NCBI RefSeq assembly: GCF_964204645.1
Contig: NC_134031.1
Span: 18,111,910 to 18,175,909, forward strand
DNA: 64,000 bases
Origin: Tubulanus polymorphus
Lineage: Eukaryota; Animalia; Nemertea
Direction: 5' to 3'
Positions 1 to 14,000 of the stretch are shown one piece after another (position 1 is the first letter of the stretch; every line of letters begins with the position of its first letter). The notes under the pieces were generated by a model. That model saw nothing but the letters and a program-made list of their open reading frames with translations, was not told the DNA's origin and did not search any database. The position numbers were made by a program, and so were the translations under genes.

Positions 1-1794
1 ACTGTGAGCCCGGTCGGCGTAAAAGCGGTCGCTAACGAGACACTGTCAGCGCGGTCGGCGTGAAAGCGGTCGCTAACGAGACGGTTGTGACATTCAATGA
101 TTCAATGATGACTTTCTACCCAAGTGCTGCCAGTATCTAATCGGCAAACCCCTCTACCGCTGCCAATATGTAATCGGCAAACTCTCTACCATCAAATTCT
201 TCCGCTTGGTTGACTAATTTTAGACACAAATCTGGAGGTCGTTTTTTCTATCGTGTCTTGTTATTCGTTCCGTTCGCTCTCACCGCGGATTCGCATTAGC
301 CGGAAAATAGAAAACAGGGATTTGTTTTTTGGTTTCGTCGCTCAGTTGTGTCCGGCGCGACTGAGACTCGTGACACGGATAGCGGTTACGTTACTAAGCG
401 ATGGCATCAGATAAAAAGAAAACATACAGAATTCGAATGAACGAATGGAAGTCTAGAGATTTTTCTTCGTAACCCGGGGAAGCGTGGAGAGTATTGAGGA
501 CGGTAAAGAGATCAGCTATTGGCATGCCATCTGAATTCCAATAATCCCTTCAGCTATTCAGAATCAATTAATATCTAAACGATTTAAGGCCCAGGGAGCC
601 ACCCTTCCCTCCCTATTTTACCGATTTCACACCCTGGCCTGCAAACAACCAGGAGCATAAAAAAACTAAAGATGATTTCAACTAAATAATCATTGCTGGT
701 AATTTTGTTTTCGATTCACTATGCTCAGCAAATGATCTATTTTTCAATTTTTCTTGGGTTTTAACTTCATCAATGAGTTAAGTCAATACAGAAAACACTT
801 TTCCCAATAAGTACTCTGCTGTTTCTGCATTGATTTTATTCATTTCCCTGATGAAGCTGCTCTATGCACTAGAAGAGAAATCTCGTATAATCTTCTAGTC
901 CGTTCCATCTTTATATTCATTTGGCTGTGATGAAGCTATGCACTAGTAGCGGAAGCTACCTCCATAGACCTGTTAACTCATTTACCTAATGAAACTAAAC
1001 TATACACCATTAGCAAAAGCTAATCAAAATTTCTAGTCAAGTCATTTACCAGACCTGTTTCCACATTTTGCTTAAAATAGGTGAACGGAAAATATCAATA
1101 TCTCGTGAGCTGCAGGTTGTTTTAACCTTGCCGAATTGATCGTGAGACGCAATGAGGCCCGGTTGTCTGACGCACTTCTTCCTATTTAGGAATCTCGTAG
1201 TTGTTTTCGGTCAATGATTTAAGAAGCACCTGTGGCAGTACAGGTCGGGGGAACGATAAACACTGATGATGCGATGTTTTGACGAATTCTCAGAAAAATT
1301 AGCAACTAAATAATCGACGTATTTGAGACGGAACTACAGCAATGGATGCATGGTTGGATATATCAGTTTTTTTTCGCGTGGGTTCGCACCAGTCTGGGTA
1401 GAGAATATTCTGAAATGAAATATCGCATTGCCGTCGATTCATGAGAGTGGTGACTGGTCGGTCGATTTTGAGATAAAACTCTTGAGAATTCTGCAATATG
1501 TTGAGTTTCTCTCTCTCTCTCCGGCGCCGAGTAACAGTGGAACTGGTAAAAGTCTCTCTGGTTGTAGACGGATAGACGCAGACGTCAATTCGGATTAATG
1601 CAAATCACGCGTCACTTTCCGATCGAAATTTCGTGTAATACGAACTAAAGTTGAAACCCGTATCAAAATAACGGTTCATTGATTTTAGTATCGGGTTTTT
1701 ATGAGCTGTGACTCCGTTCGGGAATCGCATGTTGATCCGTGAGCTACGAGTCTATGTAACACAGTGCGAGTCTGGTGGTGGCTGACAGCGACGG

Positions 1795-2015
1795 GGTGAG
1801 AGAGGAGAGAGTATAAGAGAGAGACGAACGAAAAAGCTGCCGGGGGAAAGTGCGGGAGATAGAGGAGAGAGGGAAAAGAAGAGATAGCGTTGAAGGAAAG
1901 AAGACGGAAAGAGGAGATAGGGAGAGAAGGGAGAGGGAGGCCCGAGGAAGCAAAGGAACAGTTGAGAGAGGCATAGAATAGAGGACTTAAAGGGAGAGGG
2001 AGAGAGAAGGGCGGC
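1795..2015 (+). repeat. GA-rich low-complexity tract
   Basis: Polypurine/polypyrimidine composition that yields spurious S/L/P-rich ORFs. Similar tracts at ~3815-4050, 17560-17800, 24770-24910 and 29800-30090. Confidence 0.9.
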
Positions 2016-2091
2016 AATTAGATTAACATTTAACATAATAAACATCATATATAAATTAGATACAGTTTTGTTTTGTTTATTTTCACTGTAC

Positions 2092-5000
2092 CTTGTTCCT
2101 GGCGAACTTGAATAGAAGTAAACCAGCTACCATGAAAAACCAGGCCAGAATGAAAAACAGCCCGATACCGATTCGATCCGGCAGTCCGCCTGTATGCCAC
2201 AATAAAAACCCCATTAACCACAGAGTCAGAAATATCAGCGAAAACGATCCGATCTGTAGCCATTTATTGTAGAATACAGTATGCCAGGTGATCTTCACGT
2301 CTTTAGACAGAATAGCTAAGGCCAACATATAATCTTCCTTCGTCATCTGAAAAAATAATGAGAAATTTGTCAAGAGAAAACAATGATTATAATGTATACA
2401 TGTTGATGTTTAATATCAAACACCTGGACCATCTGGGAATGCTAACCCCAATGCAGCCCCTAACAAGGTAACTTAGGTAACTTCTCATCCCTAGATATAA
2501 CATCCCCCACCCAATCCCTCCATCGTCCTTCAACTCAATCCTCCATCCTGCTTGATCATCCCCACCCAAAACTCTGCTACTAATAGAAATAGATTGTGAT
2601 CTGAAATACTCCGGATTCCAGTCACATAATCAATGTCAGAGTTGTCTCCTCTCTAAACCTGATACCTTATATGATAGAATGTCAAACCAAATCTGATCGA
2701 TTATCCGCCGACCGATATGCGTCTATCTATTATCCCTCTGACTTTATCGAATTACACGTATCTTCATATTGCTATCGATAACACGAGAACAATACGCAAT
2801 CAGTATCATTTCAGAAAGAAAAATCTTTCTTTACTTCATATTAGCTTATACACGCTTCCTTGAAAAATGGCGGCCTCATCTCCCTATGTCGTCTTCAATA
2901 AATCTGTGATATCTAGAAACCTTGCCTCAAAAGATGGCTAACTCCGAATCCCCATATGACGTAATCATTGGGTAAATATATCTATGAACCCTTCTCTTAA
3001 AGATGGCTACCTACAAATCCCCATTTGTCATCATCAATTCTTTAGACCTATAACCAATTTTTTCCGAAAGATGTCTGCGCCTCTATAATCGCCATTTTAG
3101 CATCATTATCTCAAAAAATATTTGCGAGCGTTCTATGGTCGCCGTTCAGCAGAGAAATAAGTCTGAAGCAAAAGCAGTCTTCAAAAAATCAAACACATTT
3201 GAGTTAAAAAATTCATTACAGTTTAAGATAGTTACAGGAAAGTCAAAGTTAGAGTTAAGTTGCGTTGTGGAAGTTATTGTCGGGGAAATTAGGTTTTTAT
3301 CGATGCAACAAACATTTTATAGATTTACAGGAGGAATATTAGCGCTTTTACTCGACGCCGGTTTTTACCTTCGAGTCGTGGAAATTTAATCAACAGAAGT
3401 GAGCTGCGGTAAGCGAGCGAGAGAGCGGGAGAGAGCGTGATGGACGAATTTGCATTCATCGAACGCGCTCAATTTACCCGACGTTTCTCTGGTTAAAGAT
3501 CACTTAAGCCGCGTTCACTGTTAAACACGGCTTTTAACGTTAAGTAGGGAAATGTGTCGGTTTTTGCGGCGTTGGCCAATTCTACCCCGCAGTTTGACAT
3601 TCTGCCGCCGTTGCTGCTGCTGTTGCTGTTTAGACTGAGGAGGATATTACATCACGTAAAGCTTTTTGTCAATAATGTTTCAGCTTTAAGCTATCTGTGT
3701 GACGTATAAATATATATTTACGTTTCCTATTATTAGTTCTTGGTTGACGTCAATAATCACTGTTGACCTTCACTCATTCCTGGCGATTCCATTCACCAAA
3801 AGACCACTCACTAACTTCCCCTCTCTCTTTCCCTCCCCTCACACCCTCCCCCTCAACCCGTAAGTCCTCCGTAATGCTACCCGTTCTATTTTACGGTGTC
3901 CTCCTATCTCACATCCAAGCATCCTCCTATCTCCTCTCTTCCTCCCCTATTATCTCCATCTCTCCCTTCCCCCCCTCTCTCTCTCTCTCACGTCATCTTT
4001 CCATCCCTTATGTTTCTTCTTCTATTCTCTCTCTTCTTTTCTCTCCTCTCTTTGTAATTGGGAATTGGTGGTATAAATTGCGCCATGAACGCACTCAATT
4101 TCTGCAAGAATCGACTTAATGGAAATCTATTATTAATATGTCGATCGGCTGCTCAAAGAGACAGAGACAGAGAGCTGTTTTATTCATCAGAGATCTGTGT
4201 TCTCAAAAATATAATCTCACTATACACTATACACGCACTATACACGATGGCTTTGAATAAATTATCATTATTACATATATTCTATAATTTAAAAAGAAAA
4301 GAACATCCAAGTCGAACAAGATTGCGTTGCAAAAATTCCGTAGACCGTCGATTTGTCGACCTAAATTATTGTTTATTTCTAAAACATAGAGGACATGTGC
4401 GACAGACATTAGACGGGTTGCCGCGCTTCTAACCGAGACAGACTGGTTCCCGCAAAGATGGATGAGTTAACTACGTGACCTTCAACCGACAAATCATAAT
4501 TCTATGGATAGCGGGAAGGATTTTAATTAAATTAATCCATATTTTAGCCCCCGCGGTTCTGCAGTAATTCCCGTCTTGACGCGCCGATGCGTAGAGAGAG
4601 AGAGAGAAAGAGTCGATCACGGGTTTGAGAATTTAATTTACAGTCTAGCGCAAAATGTCTCGTCGCGAAATCCGCTAAGAATTATGATAAAAACGTTTTT
4701 GAACCTCGATGAATTAAAGACAAGGATATAAATGAGTCCATTAGAAATAGTTCATCGGACATTCGAGATTCAACATGCGCTATACGGCATCAAAAATCCG
4801 ACATATATACAAAAATAGTCGAACTCAGTTTAGTCTTCATCTGATAGGTCGCCACATTACTGAAGTCGTTTCTATTTTTGTCCCAATTTGTATTTCTAAT
4901 TTAATTAACTAAGTGTAACTAAGTGTCGTTTGAAGAAGATGACTCATGCAGCGAGCTTCACAGTAAAATGGCATCCATTTTCCAAAGTTTAGCTTTAAAA

Positions 5001-8000
5001 TAATCAACTCAAAATGACACCGTAAAAACCATTCTTCAATCCTGTTGATTCGATGTAATGCGGATTTTGTAGAAACTTCGATCGGATTTAGGATAAAAGA
5101 CATTCGTGATCTAAACTTAACTCAATTAGAAAAAGAGTGAATCAATGTTAAGAATGAGACGCAGGATTTTTTCTGCTCTAAGTTTCTTCAGTCGATAACG
5201 ATTCGGGTTTAGATAGCTGTGCCGGATTGATACGATATTTTTTCTTTCAATCTCAGATTACGGACAACATTTTCCACTTTGGTCGATTCGGATTTTTCCG
5301 GCGATGTTGGAAGCCAGTCTGCGAGCGGGGATTATTGAAAAAAGGAATTTTTCATGTGAGATAGTCGCGTCAATAGACCAAACACTGCGCAGCAATCACT
5401 GGTGGTTTTAGAGTGCTGAACAAAGTTACTCAAACGCCATACCGGGGTTTCATATCCGTGAGGAGGGAGGGTGGTTCAGTAGCTGACCGCAAATTGGCGT
5501 CTGACAAAACACAGTTCCGCGTGTAGCGATCAAACAAACAGATATTGTTTCAGCTGAAAGAACACTATAGCACCAGAAGGCTGTAAGGGTAGTCGACAAT
5601 ATCGATTTCATTGGTGTCGTTAGTTGCTCAAAACTTGGTTTAAGATAACCATCCGATAGTTGTAACAATGTCTGATGAACTCTAGGGAACTTTTCAGCAA
5701 CTGGCCCCAGGGTCCTATACTACACTACTCATTACATACAATATTGTTTGCCCGCACACCCCGTACAACTTATAGATTTGAAGTTGTAGGTAGAAATCCC
5801 CTCGGCAATTTGTTTTAAGCCGTAACGTCCACAATACATTTGTTTTTCTCTAGGCTAATGAGCAACTGGCCCCATAGAGTCGTGGTAGTAAACTTGAGGA
5901 GCTGATATTTTAGACTTGTCTAAGTCAGAAAAAGACTTGGTATATAGTCCTTTCTTCGGGTCTCATCGATGGGGCTGGGCCCTAACAATAGAAACAACAC
6001 GGCCCAGAGTTGCTGAAAGTTGCTAAAAACTAGTGGAAAAATACCATAGTTTATTTAGTACTATTTCAATTATCAAGATCACCGGATAACCTTTAAACAA
6101 CCTTTGATAAACTGATTATAAACTCCCCTGACAGGGTTGATTAAACGGTTAAAAATAGTTGATGACCATCTTAATATCCTGGGGGTCCATTTTTAAAGCT
6201 CTTTACTTTTTCTATGTAAAAGCCGGCCTACCCCCAGTCAGTCAGTAGATGGTTGTCTGTCTGGTTGATTATAGTTTAAGGGAAGCTGGATGGATTTATG
6301 TCTATAATGTCGCGCGATGAACTGTAATTATCCCAGGACAATCTACGCAGAAGAGGATTATTATCATTAATGATACCAGTGATAATGTTCAGTAAGATCA
6401 AATAGCGGTCAGTGTAGTCGGTGCCGCTGCCGCCGCCGCCACCGCCGGACTCCAATGAGACGTTCACCACAAGCTCTTTGAAGTATTTTTAATGATGGTT
6501 AAAGAATATACGACAATCATCAAAGCGAGCCGTAGTCTTTGGTCCTACGCTTACCACAGCGATGATGGATTATGTTTCTAGATATTTTAAGAATATTCCC
6601 TTTGAAGAGATCGTCGTAATTAGGAAGAAGGAAGAGAGCGTTTTCTTTCTTCCTGAAAAGGATTCGAAAGAAAGTTCCTCGAGGCTTTGTTACTGTTTTT
6701 TTTTCGTAGCTAGAATTACCGAAGTTTTAAAGCCTGTAGCCGAACGGAGTAAAATGGGATATATTCCTTAGAGATTAAAGCTCTGCCTACATAAACGATC
6801 TTCGAAATACTGTGGTCATTACAGGAGGGTACGAAACTGATCCCGGCGTTTGAAAAGTCAGAAACCGGATCAGTATCCAGACTTCGAGTCGCTGTAGTTT
6901 AATTATGTGATACCTGACAAGTGGGCATTGGGATTTGAGAAGTCAACTACTCTAAGGACCTGCAGTTAATGTTGTATATAACCCTAGATATAGAATTATG
7001 GAAGAATCAGACAGAGACACGACACGGAAGATAGAATACCTTTCAATCTATGAAACATGGTCTCAGGACCCAGTAGCACAATCGTAACCTGGGTGCAGAA
7101 GTAGTCATAAATAAAAGATTGACTGTTAGATCGGTTATAGAACTAAGTTGACTCTTTGATAGTGGTCTTGAATCTAACTCAAAACTGCGCAATTGGCCAC
7201 TGAATTGAAGTTGATAACCCTGTATGGAACTGTGCACTTGGCTCAGTATTAGCAGCTATCGGTTGCCGCTGATCCAGTGAGATCAGTCTCTCGTGGTCAG
7301 CATGCAGTATGATATATGTGTTGAATTCAGTGATGTGTTAAACAAGCTGGAGAGATATCCGCGGCTTAAATGGATTTAATCGCTTCTAATCAACCACAAT
7401 CAATCAACCAATCAATCAGTCAATCACTAGAGAGAGGGGGAAAGAGAGGCAGATAGGGAGAGAGAGAGGAGAAAGGGGTTCGTAGCCCGTCTTCGCTATA
7501 TCCAATCAATTTGACAACATGTCGCTTTTTATATTAGATTCAGTGTTGATAATTTTGAGTGAGAAGTTGTCATTAATTGAATTGCGGTGACTGGTGGGAA
7601 TGATTGGTAGGAATATATGTTAATTTTACAATCGCGTTCATTTTCTGATGACTATTTATTGTAATATCGGCAGCTAGCGCTGCTGTCATCACGTCGTGTT
7701 TAACACGATAAATACAATGCAATAAACTTTATTCACATTATGAACAATACGATATACATCTGGCACGGTACCACTTTCAGTCTTCACTGTTAGTTTTCCC
7801 TTTCCCATTTTACTGGTGCTCGCAAAAACAAAAAAACTACTGCAAGAATTCTGGCCGAAACTAAAGAAATAACAATTACGACATTTTTTTAAATTGAAAT
7901 TGTGGGCTTCTCTCGATGATATTCATCAAGACAGGAAAATAGTCTCAACTATCTACAAGTCCCCGTGTGGTTTTATTAAGTGATGAATGTTGCCCTTGTT

Positions 8001-11000
8001 TTAAATTTCCCTCAGCAGCGACGCAAATACAAAAACCAGCGAGCAAAAGAACCGATGATGATGTTTGTATCTACGTATTTCGTCTGTGTTCGTGTTCATT
8101 ATTAGTTTCGTTAATCGAGGCGATTTGCTACCACTCCCCGCGCCCCTTCCCGCGCCCCCTCCCCTTCTATCTCGGATACGGAGAAGCCGGTGTGTGCTGG
8201 ATTTAACACAATTCACTAATTGGTTAACATACGAGTACATACAAGAAACCACAGTCTTCATACCGCGTGATCGCGGCCACGTGACACACGAACCGCCTGC
8301 CACACCGGCTCCGATAAACCTCGCCTATTTTAGCTCGGATAAACGTGGACCGGCAAAAATTGGTCCGAGTTATCGACAGGAAAATACCTTAAGAAATCAG
8401 AAAACTGATTTCGTTTTTGTCCTTAGTAGACATAAGTCCGAGTAAGTAGGCGTCGTTTACTGTACTACAATTTGGACCTAGGCCTATAGATTACGACTGA
8501 GTCCAGAACTATAAAACCGCTCGGGTTTCTACACATCGATAACTTCGTGAATACCATCTAACCCGAGTTTTGTGAGAATCCTATAAAACATTCGGCAATT
8601 TAAAAGTTTCACGTATCGTTATTGCTCGAACATAAAACAGCAGCAATGGAGCTAAAATTGCAGGAGTTATAACTAGAATCCGGGTAGAAGTCGTGGACAT
8701 AAATCCTAGAGCAGGTTGCTGTGTCAGCTGAACACACGCTTTTTATTATGATTAAACGACCGTTTATTTACTTCTCCAGGTTTAGTAGATAGAGTCCCGA
8801 TAAACTGAAAGTTAAGTAAGTAACTGGACAGAGCCCGATTACAGTCCAGTAGCCGGACCCAGTTCCACTGTTCTGAATCCAGTTATGTACCTAGATCTTT
8901 TGGAACTAGTCCCACAGTTCTGGACCTAAGTTTTGATCCCAATTCCACAGTTTTGGACCCGGTTGAGTTCTGGACTTTCCACGATTCCACAGTTTTGGAC
9001 CCGGTTGAGTTCATGGACTTTCAACAATGTTCTGGATTAGATTTGTCAACTTTGTACAAAGAATGAAGCAATGGGTCCTGGGTCCCGAATTTCTTTGTTC
9101 CCTCGAAATTTAAGACGAGGTTTCATCTAAATAGAAGAAATAGATTCAAGGAGATATGAAAACCGTCCACACGATGGATTGCAGGTCTAATATAGCCGAG
9201 GACAGACACATATAGATAGAGAATGTATGTAACATCACAACAAATTGATGGTCTGGTGAATGTGACATCCTCTAATGGATATATCAGCAGATAGAATAGA
9301 GAGAAGATGATGCCCTCAGTGTCATCAGCTGGTCTCTCTCTTCTCCCTCCTCTCTCCCGTTCTCTCTCTCGTACATTATTTCATTAGTTACCTCAGTGTT
9401 TTTATCTTTTATCACGCTCCGAGATTTGCTCACTAATGACTACATCACGAAGCGGTAGAGATACGAAACAAATTCAGATAACGTCACACTGAGATACACT
9501 CACAACAATCATCATTTCATTCCCCACCGCAAGGTGTGACTCCTCGAAATTATCCCAACCCCACAGCAGCAAAATTCGAATTCTCAAATTGTCTATACCC
9601 CACAGCATGGTGTGTATCCTTAAAATATCTATATCCAGCAGCAAAGTGTGACTCCATAAGCTATCGATACCCAACAGCAAAATGTGACCCCTCAAGTTAT
9701 TCATACCCCACAGCAATGTGTCTACTCAAGTTATCGATACCTAACAGCAAAGTGTGACCCCACAATTTAGTCATACCCCGCAGCAAAGTGTGATCCCACA
9801 AGTTAGTCATACCCCACAGCAAAGTGTGATCCCACAAGTTAGTCATACCCCACAGCAAAGTGTGACCCCACAAGTAAGTCATACCCCACAGCAAAGTGTC
9901 TACTCAAGTTATCGATACCAACAGTCACCCCACAAGTTATCGATACCCAACAGCAGAGTGTCACCCCACAAGTTATTCATACCCCACCCCCAAAGTGTCT
10001 ACTCAAGTTATCGATACCCCACAGTAAATTGTGTCAACTTGAATGATTGACCACTGTCAAGCTCTTGTCTACTACCAGGCTCAATCCACCGGCCCAATAT
10101 GAATTATTAGATTTAGAAACTCTCTGATATTCTATATACGCAGTATCTCTGAATCTTATCATTCAATTTCATTTACAATAATGATATATTCCACATGAAA
10201 GTGAATTACATTTCACTAATCACATTCTTAAAGTTATGAATTATACATGTATATATGTATAATATTCACATGACCAGTGCATCAATCATAAATATCGTGT
10301 AGTTCGTGTGTCCCCAGTGCCCTGCATTATGGCATATGTTGAGTCCAAAAACGGTTTTACATAATGAGGACCTTGTCCAAAATCGTTAGAAAAGATATAG
10401 GGCTGAGTTATACAGTGTAAATGATCTTAAATTTGGATCAGCCATAAGATTGAGTTGGTATTAGACTGTCTTACGTAAATCTTAGCCATGACTGCACAAC
10501 TGGCCCCCCAACAGTCTTAGACCAGTTTCTAAATCTAAAAAAAAAATCCACGATGGTCATGTCACGATTGTGTGCAACTTTTCCCTTCTTGGACCTGTCT
10601 GTTAAAGCCTCAATGGTACAACCGGCTCCAGATAAGCGAATAAACACTTAGAATTGGGTCTATGAAACGTTTGGTTTAATGAATAGTTTCTATATTTGCT
10701 GTAGTAGTTTCGTTGCAGCTTGGTGCTGTGTGTGTGTGTGTCCATTACGCGGCGGGCTCTAGTCTTAATGATTTATGTAAAACTAATTAACTGACGACTA
10801 ATTCATTCGCTTTTCAATAAGAATTATTCTTCTTTATACAAGAGAGGAGAGAAGAGAAAGAGTGAGAGAGGAGAGGGAGAGAGTATAAGACAGAACCGCA
10901 GTCGTTTATCGTCCTAAAGGGAATCTGAGTAACTTACAAAAGACGAATTCATCTTTCTGCGTCTACGATCGTGATATAGGAGAGAGGGGAGAGAGAGTGG

Positions 11001-14000
11001 GGTTTGGGAGTGAGATGGAATATAGTGACAGAGAGTGGGAGTACAGGAGAGAAGAGGGAGTGACTATTGAATACCTATTGACTGCCGTAATAAACACAAT
11101 AATAGACACAGACTGATCACAATTTTTCCTAGTAATTAACTAACGCATGAACTAGAAGGAAAAAAGGTAAATAAAGATCTAATCAATTAGTTCAATTAAC
11201 GACACTTTAATTAAAGTAAGTTAGATTAATCAGGCTAATTAGTTACGGCACCTGCTAGGCATCGAACACTCGATCGAACAGGGGTCCGCTGTAATGTTTA
11301 CAACTTGCTTTAGATCGTCTGCGATTTAATTCAGCATCAACCGATTATAGTAATAAATCACGTTCAAGGTAGAGCGTCACCGAGCAGACGAGACCCGAGA
11401 CCGCATTGTTTGCATAGTTATACGAGTAATCGATAATACCACGTGACAAACCGGAAGTGTTAGCAGGGATAAGCAAAGAAAACCTAACGGATAAGTCGTT
11501 TTGACGGTGATAAGTTTTGTTTACATATCGCAGAGTGAAGTATATCATTACCGGTATCGGGAGTGAGGAGGGGGAGGGAGGGAAACGATCCAGCGACTAT
11601 TTAATCATCACTTAATGTTTATAAGCTCGAATCATTCTGCGCTTTAGAACGAAATATGGGCTGCAGACGTGAGATGTGAGAATTAGGGGAAGAGAATTGG
11701 ATTTTGGGATGAAGTAGATATAGTTTACCGTGTTTCAGGGCCGAATGACGAAAATTGGCTAAAATCCGAAGATTGTTTTGTTAGATTGGTTATATACACT
11801 AAAATGAGCTTAGACTAGTCTTCTTATGTTTTTAGATTTACTATAGAACCAAAATGAGAATAGACTGGCTTTATTTTATGTAACTATAACCAAAATGAGC
11901 TTAGACTGGTCTTAAATTGACAGATTGATTATAGAACTAACATGAGTTTAGACTGGTCTTAAGTTATTAGATTGGCAATAGCACTATGATGGTCTTAGAC
12001 TTGTCTTAAATTTATGATTGTGCAACGGACCCCCTTCCGTAATCAATAGTTTATTTTCAGTTACTTCAATACAGAATGACAAAGCTTAAACCTATCTTCC
12101 CATGGAAGCGCACAGGGCGATTCTATAAGATCGAGGCCTCGGTAAGAGATGAATAATTCAAATGTGATTTTCGGTTGTATATGGTTCGTGTTGTCAGACT
12201 GATATGAGAAATCTCTATATACGACATAGTAGTAAATTCAAACCACGCGAAAAAGTGACATCAATTTTACATTTGCGTCTAAATTTGAATGAAATTTGTT
12301 GAAAAATGCGATCAAGAGAAACGGGTTTCGATGGTAACGGGTTTCAACCAAGATATAAAACTGGTCCAGGGAATGTATCCTGAAGCCCCAAGTTTCACAA
12401 GTTCCACAAAGCTGATCATTTTCCAGTGGATAACACTGACAAATCGCCAATTAAAGATGCATCGTTATTGTGGTATATCTATCCAATGGTCAACTAACTT
12501 TGACCCTTGAGCAATTATTCTTATATGGACACGGGGTATTTACAGGAATTCCAGATCCAGTTCCGGACTTCTATCGTTGAACTTAATCAAGACCGCCGAA
12601 CTGGGTCCTGGCTATTTCAGGTATAGCGAGGCATGCCCCTCGCTGATTCTGGATGTGGAAACATTAGCCGCCGAACATTCACTGTTCATACACATTTATC
12701 ATAAATTTGTTCCCTCAATTATACACAGAAATTCCACGATACTGAATTATTTATTGCTAGTAGAAGCGAATCTTAGCAGACTCGCGTGAGAGAGGGAGAG
12801 AGAGTGAGATAAGGAGAGGAGGAGAGAGAGAAGAAAGAGACCCGAATGAAACAAGACAGGACCGAGTTTCATTCAAAAACACTAGAATTCCTATGCGAAA
12901 AGCAGACCTTCTTATAATCGCTATCAGATCAACTGAATTCCGGGTCCAGTTTTACGAAAAAGTCTAAGCTTAAAACGGCTATGTTTCAATATGTTGTCCT
13001 CGTCGAAAACATGAAATTACCAGTATGTGGCAATTATACCAAAAGATAAGTTTAAGTTTTATTTTTGTGAAAACTGGGTCCTGGTGAGAAAACTTTGAAT
13101 TTGGACTGGTGTGACCATTTAGCGGTGACCAGTCAGATGCGGTGACTCGAAAATTCGAAAGAAATTGAAATTAAAAACTCCAGCGGGACTCAAATCTGCG
13201 ACCTCAAGCATGCCAGCCGTGCACGCTTACCTCTTGACCACTGACCAGTAAATCTGTCTGGTCGGTTTGGTGAACTGATGACCAGATAGGTGTAGTGACT
13301 ATATTCACTAATGATACTCGCTATCATTTTTGTTCATCTTACGGATAAGAATACGTTGGTAAAACATATTTCATCTCCCCTCGACACTAAATCCCCCCAC
13401 CCCCCATCCCTCCAGCTACAGCCAGTACTCGAGCCAGATACGAGAAATAGATCTTTATAAATGCAGATTTGTCGACAATCTGCTGAATTCCGGGTCGCGG
13501 TATTTTCTAGATGTTATTTACTCGGGCGCTGTTGATGATTATGGATGAGAGATTTCTGTGATACAGAGACAAAATACGATTTGTGATTCTGGATCCTGCG
13601 ATGGATGAAATAGATCGATTAGTGTCGAGTGTCGAGTGTCGAGTGTCGAGTGTCGAGATGCAACTTAAAGCGGTTTCTTATCGACCCTAATAGTGATCTA
13701 CTACGACACCGACACCGGGACCGACACCGGACCGACACCGGGACCGACACCGGACCGACACCGGGCCGACACCGACCGACATTGGGACCGACACGGCTTT
13801 ACTTGTAGAGGGCTGAATATCTAAACCTATATTTAGAAATAAACATTTCATGATAACGCTAAATGTGTGTATATTGCAGCATAATGGGAGGTATGTCTGA
13901 TGTAAGATTCTGATATACGGGACCCGGTTTCGCAAAAAGAAGTTCTACTAAATGTTTTATTCAATTCCCATTGCTTCAATTTCGACCTTAATTCAAACAT

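Noticed and set aside
1299-2048. Minus-strand ORFs as downstream TMEM268-like exons
   Set aside because: No family-like sequence in a compatible phase; most derive from the GA-rich tract.
9474-10050. Repetitive ORFs (WGMTNLWDHTLL / SHTPQQSV)
   Set aside because: They are products of the 33-bp minisatellite.
11410-11432. TTGCATAGTTATACGAGTAAT, resembling miR-153; also AATGGCAC miR-183/263-like seeds at ~14115 and ~23098
   Set aside because: Only the seed matches, and no complementary arm or pre-miRNA hairpin is visible.
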